Shown here: positions 1 to 10,828 of the stretch, piece after piece
Position numbering within the stretch: the stretch's first letter is position 1
How the letters are laid out: each line of letters starts with the position of its first letter
NCBI GenBank assembly: GCA_965661685.1
Contig: CBFIET010000171.1
Location: forward strand, 12,584-76,583
Origin: Planctomycetota bacterium
GTDB taxonomy: Bacteria; Planctomycetota; UBA8108; UBA1146
Direction of reading: 5' to 3'
Length of the DNA stretch: 64,000 nt
Program-made: the position numbers and the translations under genes
Notes under the pieces: model-generated
Seen by the model: the letters and a program-made list of their open reading frames with translations, nothing else
Databases searched by the model: none
What the model was told of the DNA's origin: nothing

Positions 1-143
1 GCGGGGTCTACCCCGGGTGGCACGATGAGAGGGACTCCCCCGTGCAGGGTGATCAGCTGGTGGTAGGTGTCCCACACCTGAACCCTTGTCCTGGAGTCAT
101 TCCTGATCTCGATGTCGCAGTTCAGTCCGATTCGTGGTCTCAT
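1..143 (-). CDS. Peptidase C26 / gamma-glutamyl-gamma-aminobutyrate hydrolase family protein, 5' fragment (runs off the window)
   Basis: Manual translation from ATG at 143: MRPRIGLNCDIEIRNDSRTRVQVWDTYHQLITLHGGVPLIVPPGVDP. The 'RPxIG...Y...GGxPLIxP' pattern is the typical C26 N-terminus. Not in the ORF track. Confidence 0.65.
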   Translation of the reverse strand, partial: MRPRIGLNCDIEIRNDSRTRVQVWDTYHQLITLHGGVPLIVPPGVDP

Positions 144-208
144 CTCTCCCTCATTCTCATCGAATGGTTCCCGAGCCTTGCAGCCGCGTCAACGATGGAA
201 GGGGTCGA

Positions 209-1507
209 ATGTCCAACTCAACTCCGATTCCACCTGCCCCCGACCTCTGGCAGGAGCTAGAACCGTGGCTCGCCACCTTCACCAACTGGGAACGACAGAC
301 ACCGCTGGCGTCCGATCGCCGATCGCTCGGCCCTGCGCGCTGTCGAGCACTGCTCCATCGAGCCGGGATCTCGCAACCCCGAGGAGCGGTGATCCAGGTC
401 GCCGGGACCAAGGGAAAGGGCTCCACGGTACTGTGGTTGGAGGCACTGCTCGGCATCAAGGAACTTCCTTCGGCGGCTACAGTATCACCCCACCTGGAGA
501 CGATCCTCGAACGGATCCGGGTCGACGGCAAGCAGTTGACCGAGAAGCAGACCCTCGAGGGCCTGAAAAATCTGCAGCCGTTCCTCCATTCACAGGAGGG
601 AGATGACACACCGACCTTTTTCGACCTGTGGACCGCACTCTTCGTCGAGCGCGCCGGCAGGAGAGGCGATCGCTGGTTGCTGCTGGAAGTGGGACTCGGC
701 GGACCACTCGACTCCACCTCGGCGATTCCTCACGACGTCGGAATCCTCACCACGGTAGATCTCGATCACAGGGCAATCCTCGGCGAAACCATCGATGAGA
801 TCGCCACCGAGAAGGCCGGGATCGCCACCCCGGGTAAACCATTCATCATCGCTGCAGGTCCCGGGGACTCCGTCTCTGCATCCATCGCCAGGAAGCGAGG
901 TGCAACGGTCCAGATCGTCGAAGACGATGACAGGATTCCCACCTCCGTCTCCGCTCCTCAGCGGCTCAATCTATCGTGTGCCCTCGCCGCGCTGGAAAGG
1001 GAGGAACTGAGCCGATCCGATTCCCTGCGACTGCAGTGGAGTTGCGATGAGATCGCCGCTGTCGTCGACCGGATCCAGTTGCCTGGACGCCTCGAACTGC
1101 TCGAATCTCCAGTTCCCCTGCTTCTCGACGGTGCTCACACACCCGCATCCGTCGGCCACTTCGTGACAAAATTTGTGGAGCACCGTGCACATCATCGCGG
1201 CTCTCTGCTACTCGGCATGATGGCGGACAAGGATGCCCACGAGATCATCGATCTCATCGCGACCATCTGTCCCCCGCCCCGGATCGGCACCGTCACCACA
1301 CCCTCGCCAAGGGCGATGAGTGCCGTGGACCTGGCAGTGTTACTGCAGGAAAGAGGGATCTCCCCCGAGGTCTTCGATGATCCGAGACAAGGGGTCGATT
1401 GGCTCAAGAAACAGGCCGCCGACGGAAAACCGACGGCGGCCACGGGTTCAATGCATCTGGCCGGCTGGATCCGGCGACTGTGGAGAGAAGTCCAGGTCAC
1501 GGACTAG
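209..1507 (+). CDS. folC: Folylpolyglutamate synthase / dihydrofolate synthase
   Basis: Motifs VAGTKGKGS (P-loop), SPHL..ERIR, LEVGLGGPLDST, DLDH..LG, PGRLE and LDGAHTP. Start trimmed to ATG 209 (MSNST). Confidence 0.92.
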   Translation: MSNSTPIPPAPDLWQELEPWLATFTNWERQTPLASDRRSLGPARCRALLHRAGISQPRGAVIQVAGTKGKGSTVLWLEALLGIKELPSAATVSPHLETILERIRVDGKQLTEKQTLEGLKNLQPFLHSQEGDDTPTFFDLWTALFVERAGRRGDRWLLLEVGLGGPLDSTSAIPHDVGILTTVDLDHRAILGETIDEIATEKAGIATPGKPFIIAAGPGDSVSASIARKRGATVQIVEDDDRIPTSVSAPQRLNLSCALAALEREELSRSDSLRLQWSCDEIAAVVDRIQLPGRLELLESPVPLLLDGAHTPASVGHFVTKFVEHRAHHRGSLLLGMMADKDAHEIIDLIATICPPPRIGTVTTPSPRAMSAVDLAVLLQERGISPEVFDDPRQGVDWLKKQAADGKPTAATGSMHLAGWIRRLWREVQVTD

Positions 1508-3992
1508 CAGCAGGAGCGTCCTCTTCCTTGGGTGAATCACTGGGAAGCGCCCTGAAGAAGACCTCACCGTCGATCACTTCCATCAACAGGTTGGTACCAT
1601 TCTTCATGTTGCCGCGGAGTAACTCCTCGGCGAGGGTGTCCTCCACGTGCTGCTGAATCGAGCGACGAAGTGGCCTGGCTCCGAAGTCAGGGTTGTAGCC
1701 CTTCTCGATCAGAAACTCGTTGGCCTCTTCCGTGATCTCCAAATCGATGCCCTTCTCCTGCAATCGGGCGAGCACCTGTGACATCTCGATCTTGATGATC
1801 TCTTCCAGATCCCCGCGGTCGAGCGGCTGGAAGAAGATGGAATCGTCGAGGCGGTTCAGGAACTCGGGGCGGAAGAATTTTTCCACCTCGTCCATCACCT
1901 CCTTGCGCATCTGCTCGGTACCACGTCCTTCTCCGACGTTGCGGAATCCCAGCGAGCTCTGGTTCTTGATCAGATCCGCCCCGATGTTCGAGGTCATGAT
2001 CAGTACCACATTGCGGAAATCGATCACCCGACCGAAGGAGTCGGTGACATGTCCTTCCTCCATCACCTGGAGGAGCATGTTGAAGACATCGGAATGGGCC
2101 TTTTCCACCTCATCGAGGAGTACCACGGAGTAAGGTCGCCTGCGGATCTTCTCCGTCAGCTGGCCACCCTCCTCGTATCCGACATATCCAGGAGGTGCCC
2201 CGACCAGGCGCGAGACGTTGTGCTTCTCCATGAATTCGGACATATCGATCTGAATCAGAGCATCTTCTTCACCGAACAAGAACTTTGCCAGGGTCTTGGC
2301 GAGAAGGGTCTTTCCGACTCCGGTGGGCCCGAGGAACAGGAAGGATCCGACTGGCCGTCTGGGATCTTTCAGGCCACTACGGCTCCGTCGAACCGCCCGA
2401 GAGATGCGCTCGATGGCGTCGTGTTGAGAGACCACCGACTGGTGGAGTTCGTCCTCCATCAGCAACAGTCTCTCCGCCTCACCACTATCGATTCGGGTGA
2501 GCGGAATGCCTGTCATCTTTGCGACCGTCTCGGCGATGATTTCTTCATCGACGCAGCCACTGACATCGTCCGCCTGCTCTCTCCAGGCCTTCAGATCCTC
2601 ATCCCGCTTCTTCTTGTAGCGGCTCGCCTTGTCTCGAAGGTTTGCGGCCCGTTCGAATTCCTGCTGCGCCACGGCAGCTTCTTTCTCCCGGTCCAGTTCC
2701 TCGATGGTCTTGTCCAGTTCCTTCAGATCGGAAGGGCGGGTCGACTGCTTGAGACGAATCCTCGATCCTGCTTCGTCGACCACATCGATGGCCTTATCGG
2801 GGAGGAATCGTCCGTTGATGTACCTGACTGCCATGTCCACGGCAGCCTCCAGCGCCTCGTCGGTGTATCTCACCCGATGATGCGCCTCGTACTTGTCGCG
2901 GAGTCCCATGAGGATCTCCACCGACTGATCCCTGGAAGGGGGATGGATGATGATGCTCTGGAATCTTCGCTCCAGTGCCCCGTCCTTTTCGATGTGCTTG
3001 CGGTATTCGTCGAGAGTCGTTGCACCGATGCACTGGATCTCGCCCCTGGAAAGGGCGGGCTTCAACACGTTAGAGGCATCGATTGCGCCCTCTGCACCTC
3101 CAGCACCGACCAGGGTGTGAAGTTCGTCGATGAACAGGATTACATTCTTGACCCTGCTCACCTCGGTCATCACCGCCTTGATTCTCTCCTCGAACTGACC
3201 GCGGTACTTGGTACCTGCCACCATCAAGGCAAGATCGAGAACGACGATGCGCTGGTTACGAAGGATCTCTGGAACCTCGCCGGAGATGATCTCCTGTGCG
3301 AGCCCCTCAACGATGGCACTTTTTCCGACTCCCGGTTCCCCGAGGAGTACCGGATTATTCTTGGTCCGACGTGCGAGGATTTGCATCACTCGCTCGATCT
3401 CCTCTACCCGGCCGATCACCGGATCGAGAGAACCCGCACGTGCCATCTCGGTCAGATCTCGTCCGAATGAATCGAGAGCTGGAGTCTTTGAATTTCGGTT
3501 CTTGGATCCGAGCGGCTTCGATTCCGACTCGATCTCCACCTCGGAATCACCCTCGACAGCACCGAGAATTTCGAGAACCTCGGTACGAACATCATCCAGG
3601 CTCAAGCCCAGGTCCTTCAGGACCGAGGCTGCAAGCCCTTGCTCTTCTCGGATCAATCCGAGTAGAAGGTGTTCAGTACCGATGTAGTTATGACGCAGTT
3701 CCTTGGCCGCTTCCTGGCACAATTCCAGCACCCGCTTGGCACGGGGTGTGAAGGGAACCTGGCTCATGTGAATCATCGAATGACCACTCTGAACCGACTT
3801 CTCGATCTCCTTGCGGATCTTGGACGCTTCCACATCCAGGTTCTTCAGGACCGTTGCGGCGACGCCGCTCCCCTCATGAACCAGACCCAGGAGGATATGC
3901 TCGGTTCCGATGAAGTCATGGTTGAACTTCTGGGCCTCTTTTCGCGCCAGGGCCATGACTTTTCTCGCTCTGTCTGTGAACTTGTCAAACAT
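1497..3992 (-). CDS. clpC: ATP-dependent Clp protease ATP-binding subunit ClpC
   Basis: [12 protein letters not shown] start, two Clp-N repeats ([18 protein letters not shown]), Walker A motifs GEPGVGKS and GPTGVGKT, and a UVR-type middle domain. Lies downstream of mcsA-mcsB. Confidence 0.96.
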   Translation of the reverse strand: MFDKFTDRARKVMALARKEAQKFNHDFIGTEHILLGLVHEGSGVAATVLKNLDVEASKIRKEIEKSVQSGHSMIHMSQVPFTPRAKRVLELCQEAAKELRHNYIGTEHLLLGLIREEQGLAASVLKDLGLSLDDVRTEVLEILGAVEGDSEVEIESESKPLGSKNRNSKTPALDSFGRDLTEMARAGSLDPVIGRVEEIERVMQILARRTKNNPVLLGEPGVGKSAIVEGLAQEIISGEVPEILRNQRIVVLDLALMVAGTKYRGQFEERIKAVMTEVSRVKNVILFIDELHTLVGAGGAEGAIDASNVLKPALSRGEIQCIGATTLDEYRKHIEKDGALERRFQSIIIHPPSRDQSVEILMGLRDKYEAHHRVRYTDEALEAAVDMAVRYINGRFLPDKAIDVVDEAGSRIRLKQSTRPSDLKELDKTIEELDREKEAAVAQQEFERAANLRDKASRYKKKRDEDLKAWREQADDVSGCVDEEIIAETVAKMTGIPLTRIDSGEAERLLLMEDELHQSVVSQHDAIERISRAVRRSRSGLKDPRRPVGSFLFLGPTGVGKTLLAKTLAKFLFGEEDALIQIDMSEFMEKHNVSRLVGAPPGYVGYEEGGQLTEKIRRRPYSVVLLDEVEKAHSDVFNMLLQVMEEGHVTDSFGRVIDFRNVVLIMTSNIGADLIKNQSSLGFRNVGEGRGTEQMRKEVMDEVEKFFRPEFLNRLDDSIFFQPLDRGDLEEIIKIEMSQVLARLQEKGIDLEITEEANEFLIEKGYNPDFGARPLRRSIQQHVEDTLAEELLRGNMKNGTNLLMEVIDGEVFFRALPSDSPKEEDAPAASP

Positions 3993-4049
3993 GTAACCAA
4001 CTTCTATCTGACTGGAGTCCCGATTTTCACCGTAACTCCGATTCCCCTC

Positions 4050-4077
4050 ATCGTGACAACCTGATCGTGACAACCTG
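4050..4077. repeat. Perfect tandem 14-bp direct repeat (ATCGTGACAACCTG x2) upstream of clpC
   Basis: Read directly at 4050-4063 and 4064-4077. Confidence 0.85.
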
Positions 4078-4232
4078 AATCCACTGCCAGGAAGGAACTA
4101 TTGCGACCAACTTCTTATCATCGGGACGCTGGTCCCTCCTGTCGAGTTCCCGCACCAGGCAAATTCCACCCACTTCTTTCCGTTACGGTGGGATCTACCG
4201 CACCGGCAAGCACCACCGGCAGCGACAGGCGC

Positions 4233-4263
4233 ATCATACCCTCAATCCCGGGGGCCTCGTCAA
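4233..4263 (-). promoter_or_regulatory. Candidate sigma70-type promoter for clpC
   Basis: Minus strand TTGACG (4263-4258) and TATGAT (4238-4233). The 19-bp spacer is longer than optimal. Confidence 0.4.
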
Positions 4264-4287
4264 GCCGACAGAACAGACCGATCGATT

Positions 4288-5346
4288 TTATCGATCTTGT
4301 CGCAGGATCTTCGACAGTTCGGAGGCCCGCCGTGTATCGCGCTCATCAGAGGGAAGTTCATGCCCTCCTTGGGCTTGCAGGTGACCAGGCTGCGAGAACA
4401 GGAACATCCGATTGACCTGCTCGAGGTCCAGCTGTTCCAGCACTCCGATGCAGACTCCAAGTCGAATCAGCGAGAGGTGCTCCAGCGCCTCCTGGCTGCT
4501 GATCACCCTGGCGTGTGACAGGATCCCGAATGCCCGACCGATCTTGTCCTCGAGCCACTCTCGTCTCCTGTCGAGCAGTTCGACCCGCAGTTTTCTCTCG
4601 TAGGTGAGGATATTCGGCACCACCGAGGCGATCTGAGCGAGGATCTCCTCCTCGGAAAGGCCGAGGGTGCGCTGGTTCGAGATCTGGAAGAAATCACCCT
4701 GCGCCTCGGTTCCTTCCCCGAACAGCCCCCTGACGGCGAGGTGTATCTTGGTGGCTGCACTGGTCACCTTATCGATCTGACCGGTGATCACCAGGGCGGG
4801 CAGATGCATCATCACCGATGCTCTGAGACCGGTCCCGGTATTGGTGGGACATGCGGTGAGATAGCCGTACTGCTGATCGAATGCGAACTGCAGCTCTCCG
4901 TCGAGTGCCTTTTCCAGTTGATCCATCTCGCTCCAGGCCTCCTCGAGGCGATACCCCGACTTCACCACCTGGATGCGCAGATGATCTTCTTCGTTCCCCA
5001 TCAGCGAGATCGTTTCATTCTCATCGTAAGAGACCACCCGGGGGCCCGATCCAAGTGCCAGTTCTCGGCTGATCAGATGTCGTTCGACAAGAACCTGACG
5101 CTGGATCTGGTCGACCTCTTCGAGGTGAACTGTATCCAGATTGAGTCCGGGTCGAAGGCTATCTATGGCATCCTGAAGTCGATCTGCCACCTTCGCTTTT
5201 TGCCGATCATCGGCGACATTCCCGTATGGAATGTCTGGAAGATTTCGTGCCAGGCGCACCCTGCTCGAGATGACCAGATCGGAATCGAGACCTTCTCCAC
5301 TGAGCCATTCTCCGACGAAAAGATTGTTGTAAGGATTGAAACTCAT
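4288..5346 (-). CDS. mcsB: Protein arginine kinase
   Basis: SSRVRLARN, NEEDHLRIQ, GYLTACPTNTGTGLRASVMMHLPAL and FFQISNQRTLG motifs. Sits between mcsA and clpC. Confidence 0.96.
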   Translation of the reverse strand: MSFNPYNNLFVGEWLSGEGLDSDLVISSRVRLARNLPDIPYGNVADDRQKAKVADRLQDAIDSLRPGLNLDTVHLEEVDQIQRQVLVERHLISRELALGSGPRVVSYDENETISLMGNEEDHLRIQVVKSGYRLEEAWSEMDQLEKALDGELQFAFDQQYGYLTACPTNTGTGLRASVMMHLPALVITGQIDKVTSAATKIHLAVRGLFGEGTEAQGDFFQISNQRTLGLSEEEILAQIASVVPNILTYERKLRVELLDRRREWLEDKIGRAFGILSHARVISSQEALEHLSLIRLGVCIGVLEQLDLEQVNRMFLFSQPGHLQAQGGHELPSDERDTRRASELSKILRQDR

Positions 5347-5852
5347 CGGTGACTCTCCAGTAAACGCATCTGATCGCGAATCGCTGCTGCCTTTTCGAAC
5401 TGCTCGTCGGTAACGGCCCGTGTCAACTCCTCGCGCAACTGGGTCAACTGCACCTTGCGAGAGATCTGTTTCCTGAATCGAGCGGGGGCTCTACCCCTGT
5501 GTTGATTCGATTCGTGAATCTTTTCCAGGAGTTCATCGAGGTCGGTTCGGAATACATGGTAGTCATGGGAACAACCGAACTTGCCTTCCTTGCGAAAGCG
5601 GGAATAGGTCATTCCACAATCGGGGCAACTGACACTCCCGCAATCTCCATCCGAGTGCTCGCTGCTCGTATCCGGGCTCGAGTAAAACTCGGGAAGGGTG
5701 AACTGCTCCTTGTGCTTTTTCATCTGTGCCTGAATCGACACCCCATGAAATCCAGCGCACTCCTTGCACAGATGGTATTGCCGCTTCGTCTGGTTGACGA
5801 TGTCGGTCAGATGCACCGCAACTTCGTTTTTCTGACACTTTTCACAGAGCAT
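5343..5852 (-). CDS. mcsA: McsA, arginine kinase activator (CxxC + UVR domain)
   Basis: CEKC, LCKECA, CPDCG and FGCSHDY, plus a C-terminal UVR motif EQFEKAAAIRD. Start trimmed to MLCEK. 4-nt overlap with mcsB. Confidence 0.93.
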   Translation of the reverse strand: MLCEKCQKNEVAVHLTDIVNQTKRQYHLCKECAGFHGVSIQAQMKKHKEQFTLPEFYSSPDTSSEHSDGDCGSVSCPDCGMTYSRFRKEGKFGCSHDYHVFRTDLDELLEKIHESNQHRGRAPARFRKQISRKVQLTQLREELTRAVTDEQFEKAAAIRDQMRLLESHR

Positions 5853-6231
5853 GATTCCGGTTCCTGGTCCTTTCGGAAGGGGATCATCGGGCCGCATCCC
5901 CTGCTTCTATCATCGACAGTTGCCCCGCCTCGCTCCACCCCTCTTCAGGTGGTTTTTGCATATCTTTGGCCGATCTGTCCAGGAACAGTTCACCAAGGGG
6001 GTTCTGACAGGTCATCGAATTCGCACACTTTTGGCCCGGGAGACCCGATCCATGGTGCCATCGAATCGTATTTCGCGGGCACCTACCGCGCGCCCCGCGC
6101 CCCCCCCTCCGGCGATCGGCGCACCCCTCCCACTGGCCGATAAATCCCTTCGCCGCCCCTGGCCCCCTGGCGAGGAGTCCCAACCCCCCTCATTGACGGT
6201 ATTTCCACCTCCTGGGGCAGTTCCGGATCGG

Positions 6232-6260
6232 TTGACACCCTTTCAGGGTTCACCTAGGAT
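6232..6260 (+). promoter_or_regulatory. sigma70-type promoter upstream of the nusA-infB-rbfA operon
   Basis: TTGACA (6232-6237), 17-bp spacer, TAGGAT (6255-6260). Confidence 0.7.
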
Positions 6261-6266
6261 CCTTGT

Positions 6267-6697
6267 TTCCGCCCCGTTCGTCGAGAACGGCACGGCAACC
6301 ACTCTTGCAGTGGAAGCCTGGCCAGCCTCGCGGGGTGTTCGCAGCGACTCCGACGTTTCGGTTCACCGGAACGATGACGAGCCTACTCGGCTCGGGTGGA
6401 GGGTCGTGCCGATGCCTGCATTCAGCTGGCTCGTGCCGGCCTCCCTTCCGTTTCGAATCGGTTCACCTCGGCAATCATCTTGCCGGTGAACTCGCCGGCT
6501 CACGGGACTCGCACAGGGGCGGACCCGAACTGGCAGGAGTAGCGGCGGCCGTGATTGCGGCCTGTTCGTGCCGGAGAAACGGTACGGATTTGCGAGGCTC
6601 TTGCCCGGAACACGACCGTGTCGTGCGGATGGCTTCGCAGAGTCGGACCCATCGGTTGGCACCCTGCGGGGTGCTATCGAGAGATAGGAGAAAACAG
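6267..6697 (+). ncRNA. Candidate large structured 5' leader / ncRNA ahead of nusA
   Basis: About ten hairpins plus a long-range helix AGCCTCGC/GCGAGGCT between a consensus promoter and the nusA Shine-Dalgarno. I recognise no family. Confidence 0.4.
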
Positions 6698-8029
6698 GTG
6701 AGTGAGGAGATCCTGCGCTTCGTCGACACGATTCATCGTGATCGACAGGTCGACAAGGAGGTGATCTTCACGGGCATCGAGATGGCCCTGGTCTCCGCTG
6801 CCCAGAAGCGATTCGAACAGGAAGAGGGTATCCAGGTTCTCATCGACCGTGAGACCGGTGACATCTCTGCAATCCGCGATGGAGAGGGTTTCGATCCTCG
6901 AGAAGCGCTGGGAAGAATCGCTGCCGGAACCGGGAAGCAGGTTCTCTTCCAGAAGATTCGTGAAGCGGAACGTGAGGTGATTCATCGCGAATTCGCCGAT
7001 CGAATCGGCGAGATGATCAATGGCACGGTGGCCAGCCGAAAAGGCGGAGGCCTCGTCGTCACCCTCACCAACCGCGCGGAAGGCTTCATGCCCCGCAGTG
7101 AACAATCGCACCTGGAAGAGTGGAACGAGGGAGACCGGATCAAGGTTGTTCTCAAGGAAGTCAACATGCAGCAAACCCGTGTCCAACTGCTGGTTTCCAG
7201 GGGTGCCCCGGACATGGTTCGTCGACTCTTCGAGCAAGAGATTCCCGAGGTCGCTGACTTCGTGGTGGAGGTCAAGGCGGTCGCCCGTGAGGCGGGTAAC
7301 CGTACCAAGATCGCCGTCGCGACCCTCGACTCCAATGTCGACTGCGTGGGTGCCTGTATCGGCATCAAGGGATCGAGAATTCGCAACGTCACCGACGAAC
7401 TCAACGGTGAAAAAATCGATGTGGTTCGCTGGAATGACTCCATCGAGATCCTGATCCCTGAATCGCTAAAGCCCGCCGAGATCGCTTCCCTCGAACTGGA
7501 TTACGAGGCGAAAACCGCCAACGTCTACGTCACCGAGGATCAACAATCTCTGGCCATCGGGCGTCGCGGTCAAAATGTTCGCCTCGCCTCGAAGTTGACC
7601 GGCTGGGAACTCAACATCTGTCCCATCACGGAAGAAGCACTTGCCCAGTTACGGATTGAGGGTGCCGAATCGAGAGCAGATGAGATGTTCGGAGAGAGGC
7701 TTGCCCAGGTATCCGGAAGTCAGGAGACCGAGGTCGCAGCCAATCCCCTCGATCAGTTGTTCGATACCCACGAACCTACCGAGGAAGAAATCGCTGCAGA
7801 ATACGGCGAGGGTGCCGTGGTGATGGGTCTGGAGGATCTCCCCGGGGTTACCGAAGAGATCGCAGATCGTCTGGTGGAACTTCAATTCGACAGTACTGAC
7901 GCTCTCCTGGAAGCGGGAATCGAGGGGCTCTCTCAGGTAGAAGGCCTCGACGAGGATGCTGCACGACAGATCATCGAAAAGATCCAGGAGATCATGAATA
8001 GTGTTGATTCAGAGGATGAAGGGGATTGA
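6698..8029 (+). CDS. nusA: Transcription termination/antitermination factor NusA
   Basis: GRIAAGTGKQVLFQKIREAER, S1 domain, KH motifs AREAGNRTKIAV, GACIGIKGSRI and SLAIGRRGQNVRLASKLTGW, and an acidic HhH C-terminus. GTG start after AGGAG. Confidence 0.96.
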   Translation: MSEEILRFVDTIHRDRQVDKEVIFTGIEMALVSAAQKRFEQEEGIQVLIDRETGDISAIRDGEGFDPREALGRIAAGTGKQVLFQKIREAEREVIHREFADRIGEMINGTVASRKGGGLVVTLTNRAEGFMPRSEQSHLEEWNEGDRIKVVLKEVNMQQTRVQLLVSRGAPDMVRRLFEQEIPEVADFVVEVKAVAREAGNRTKIAVATLDSNVDCVGACIGIKGSRIRNVTDELNGEKIDVVRWNDSIEILIPESLKPAEIASLELDYEAKTANVYVTEDQQSLAIGRRGQNVRLASKLTGWELNICPITEEALAQLRIEGAESRADEMFGERLAQVSGSQETEVAANPLDQLFDTHEPTEEEIAAEYGEGAVVMGLEDLPGVTEEIADRLVELQFDSTDALLEAGIEGLSQVEGLDEDAARQIIEKIQEIMNSVDSEDEGD

Positions 8030-8086
8030 GTTGCGCTCCACAGGGAGTAACACCTTTCCTCACTTGATAATCAGGAGGCTTCTTCA

Positions 8087-10825
8087 TTGGGTGTGAGAAT
8101 ACACACACTGGCTAAGGAACTCGGGCTCAAGAGCAAGGATCTCATCGATCTGCTCGCCGCTCGTGGCATCCAGGTCAAGAATCACATGTCTTCGGTCGAT
8201 GACGGCATGGCAGAGATGTTGAGAATCACTGCCATGCCCGATGAGGATCCCGAGCCAGAACCGGAACCGGAAGTGATTCCGGAGCCGGAGCCTGAACCTG
8301 AGCCCGAACCGGAGCCCGAACCGGAGCCCGAACCGGAGCCCGAACCGGAGCCAGAGCCGGAGCCAGAACCGGAGCCAGAGGTGATCGCAGATCCGCAGCC
8401 TCAGGCACAGGAAACCGCTACCGCCGTCGAGGCTTCCGCCGCAGAAGAAGCGACAGTTCCCTCCGAGGAGATCCAAGCAAGCGATGAAGAATCCCCCACG
8501 GAGGAGGATGGCCCCGCTCCCGAGGTCACCAAACCGGGACTCACCGACGAGAATCTCCAGAAGATCTCTCCCAAGCGCAGCAAGCCGAAGAAGATCGTCA
8601 TGGCGCCGGGATTTGGTGGAACCCCTAAGGTTCCCGCCACTCCAGTTGCACCAGTCGCCCGACCGTTACCTTCAGGAGCCAATGCTCCAGTCCGTCCTTC
8701 TCGCGGTCGCCCGCTGATCATCCGATCGAAGGCTCCCGCACGACCTCCTGCCCCGACCAGGCCAGCTCGAAGAGCTCCGGCAGGAGGAGGTCCGTCGGGT
8801 GGCAGAGGATTCAATCGTCCATCTCCCCCACCATCCCAGGGAGACAACTCCCAGGGTGGAAAAAAGGTGATGGTGTTCCCAGGTACCGAAGGTGCTGGCG
8901 GACCACCTCGGCGATCGGGCCCACCAGGCAGAGGCGGACCGGGAGGAAAAGGTCGTGGACGCCACGGCGCCAGACCTCGAAGACAGGAATCTGACTTCAC
9001 CAGACGGCGACTTCAGCAGGAGATCATCCCGGAAGATTTACCGGAGAGCATCACCCTGGAAGAGCCGGCCACCATCAAGGATCTGTCTCTCGCCCTCGGC
9101 ATCAAGCAGACCGCATTGCTCAAGAAGTTGATGAACCACGGCCTCCTCGCAAACGTGAATACACCACTCACCGAGGAGATCACCGACACACTCTCCGTAG
9201 AGATCAACTGCGAGATCATCCTCGAGGAGCCGAAAGCGATGCACTCCTCCCTGGAAGAACTCGACAAGGTTGTTGATGCAGCTGAAGACCTTGTCTTCAG
9301 AGCCCCGGTCGTGACCCTCATGGGACATGTCGACCATGGAAAAACCACTCTGCTGGACAAGATTCGTGAGAGTTCCATCACCAAGTCTGAAGCCGGTGGC
9401 ATCACCCAGCACATGAGTGCCTATCGTGTCGATACCGATACCGCTCACGTGGTATTCGTCGACACACCAGGCCACCGAGCCTTCACCAGCATGCGCGCAC
9501 GCGGCGCCAACGTTACCGACGTCGTGGTGCTTGTCGTCGCCGCAGACGATGGCCCGATGCCCCAGACCGAAGAGGCGATCCAACATGCCAAGGCGGCAGG
9601 GGTTCCCATCGTCGTTGCCATCAACAAGATCGACCGTGAAGGAACGAACATCGATCGAGTAAAGGCGCAACTGGCGGAACTGGATCTATCCCCCGTGGAA
9701 TGGGGAGGCTCGACCGAGATGATTCCTGTCTCCGGCCTGACCGGTCTCGGTGTCGACAAGTTGCTGGAACAGCTTTCACTGGAATCTGAAGTTCTGGAAC
9801 TGAAAGCAAACCCACAAAAGAATGCCATCGGAACGGTCCTCGATTCCCGTGCATCCACGGGGCAGGGAAATGTCATCACTGCCCTGATCCAGGATGGAAC
9901 CTTGCGACCAGGGGACTCGGTGGTCTGTGGCCCCGCTCACGGTAAGATTCGAACGCTGCGGAGCACTGCCGGTGATAACCTCACTGAAGCGCCCCCCTCG
10001 ACACCTGTCGAGATCACCGGCCTCAACGACCTTCCCGAAGCCGGCGATCGACTTTACGCCCTCGAGGATTCTGCCAAGGCGCGACAGATCGCCGAAGAAA
10101 GACAAGAAGCGAAAGCCAAGGCCGATCGAGCAGAGCGCCAGAAGGTGACTCTCGAGGGTCTCTTCGACAAGATCGATGAGTCGAAGACGGTCGAGATCAA
10201 GGTAGTACTGAAGTCGGACCAGAAGGGTACCCTCGACGTTCTCAAGTCAGAACTTGCCGAGATGCGAACCAGCGAAGTTGCCGTCAGGGTGATTCGCTCG
10301 GGTGTCGGCGAGATCTCCGAATCGGACATCTTGCTGGCGGATGCATCTCAGGCGATCGTCATCGGTTTCCATGTCTCCGCTTCGGACAAAGCTCGTAGCG
10401 AAGCAGATACCCATGGGGTCGAGATCCGCACCTATTCGGTCATCTACGAGATCCTCGATGAGATGAAACTCGCACTCGAAGGAATGCTCACCCCCGATAT
10501 CGCGGAAGAGGTACAAGGCAAGGTCGAGATCCAGGCCATCTTCAAGTCGACGAAACTGGGCAACATCGCCGGTTGTATCGGCCGCAATGGGATCGTGACA
10601 CGGGATGACAAGATTCGCCTGATCAGGGACGGCGTGATGATTTACGAGGGCAAACTCGAATCTCTTCGTCGCGAGAAGGACGATGTCAAGGAAGTCCGTG
10701 AAGGCTATGAATGCGGACTCGTCATCAAAGGATATGGAGACATCAAGGTCGGAGACTTCATCGAGAGCATCAAGGTCATCGAGACCCAGAGGACTCTTGA
10801 CGAATCGCAAGTTCGCCCGGAATAG
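8087..10825 (+). CDS. infB: Translation initiation factor IF-2
   Basis: IF2_N ([10 protein letters not shown]), [14 protein letters not shown] and NKID motifs. TTG start after AGGAGG. Confidence 0.97.
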   Translation: MGVRIHTLAKELGLKSKDLIDLLAARGIQVKNHMSSVDDGMAEMLRITAMPDEDPEPEPEPEVIPEPEPEPEPEPEPEPEPEPEPEPEPEPEPEPEPEVIADPQPQAQETATAVEASAAEEATVPSEEIQASDEESPTEEDGPAPEVTKPGLTDENLQKISPKRSKPKKIVMAPGFGGTPKVPATPVAPVARPLPSGANAPVRPSRGRPLIIRSKAPARPPAPTRPARRAPAGGGPSGGRGFNRPSPPPSQGDNSQGGKKVMVFPGTEGAGGPPRRSGPPGRGGPGGKGRGRHGARPRRQESDFTRRRLQQEIIPEDLPESITLEEPATIKDLSLALGIKQTALLKKLMNHGLLANVNTPLTEEITDTLSVEINCEIILEEPKAMHSSLEELDKVVDAAEDLVFRAPVVTLMGHVDHGKTTLLDKIRESSITKSEAGGITQHMSAYRVDTDTAHVVFVDTPGHRAFTSMRARGANVTDVVVLVVAADDGPMPQTEEAIQHAKAAGVPIVVAINKIDREGTNIDRVKAQLAELDLSPVEWGGSTEMIPVSGLTGLGVDKLLEQLSLESEVLELKANPQKNAIGTVLDSRASTGQGNVITALIQDGTLRPGDSVVCGPAHGKIRTLRSTAGDNLTEAPPSTPVEITGLNDLPEAGDRLYALEDSAKARQIAEERQEAKAKADRAERQKVTLEGLFDKIDESKTVEIKVVLKSDQKGTLDVLKSELAEMRTSEVAVRVIRSGVGEISESDILLADASQAIVIGFHVSASDKARSEADTHGVEIRTYSVIYEILDEMKLALEGMLTPDIAEEVQGKVEIQAIFKSTKLGNIAGCIGRNGIVTRDDKIRLIRDGVMIYEGKLESLRREKDDVKEVREGYECGLVIKGYGDIKVGDFIESIKVIETQRTLDESQVRPE
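8249..8380 (+). repeat. (Pro-Glu) coding repeat in the IF-2 N-terminal region, 4+17 units
   Basis: CCN-GAR hexamers, including exact 12-bp CCCGAACCGGAG tandem copies. Confidence 0.9.
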
Positions 10826-10828
10826 TCG

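Noticed and set aside
2049-3470. Long antisense ORFs (also 33456-34685, 20406-21473, 61963-63096 and others)
   Set aside because: They lie opposite well-conserved genes, as expected from codon bias in GC-rich DNA, and show no motifs.
6085-6195. C-run-rich stretch (G-tracts on the minus strand) as a G-quadruplex upstream of mcsA
   Set aside because: The loops are irregular, and such tracts are expected at this GC content. There is no independent support.
6263-6697. In-frame 145-codon N-terminal extension of nusA as a RimP fusion
   Set aside because: There is no RimP motif (LEVSSPG). A good SD precedes GTG 6698, and the extension would start at the predicted TSS.
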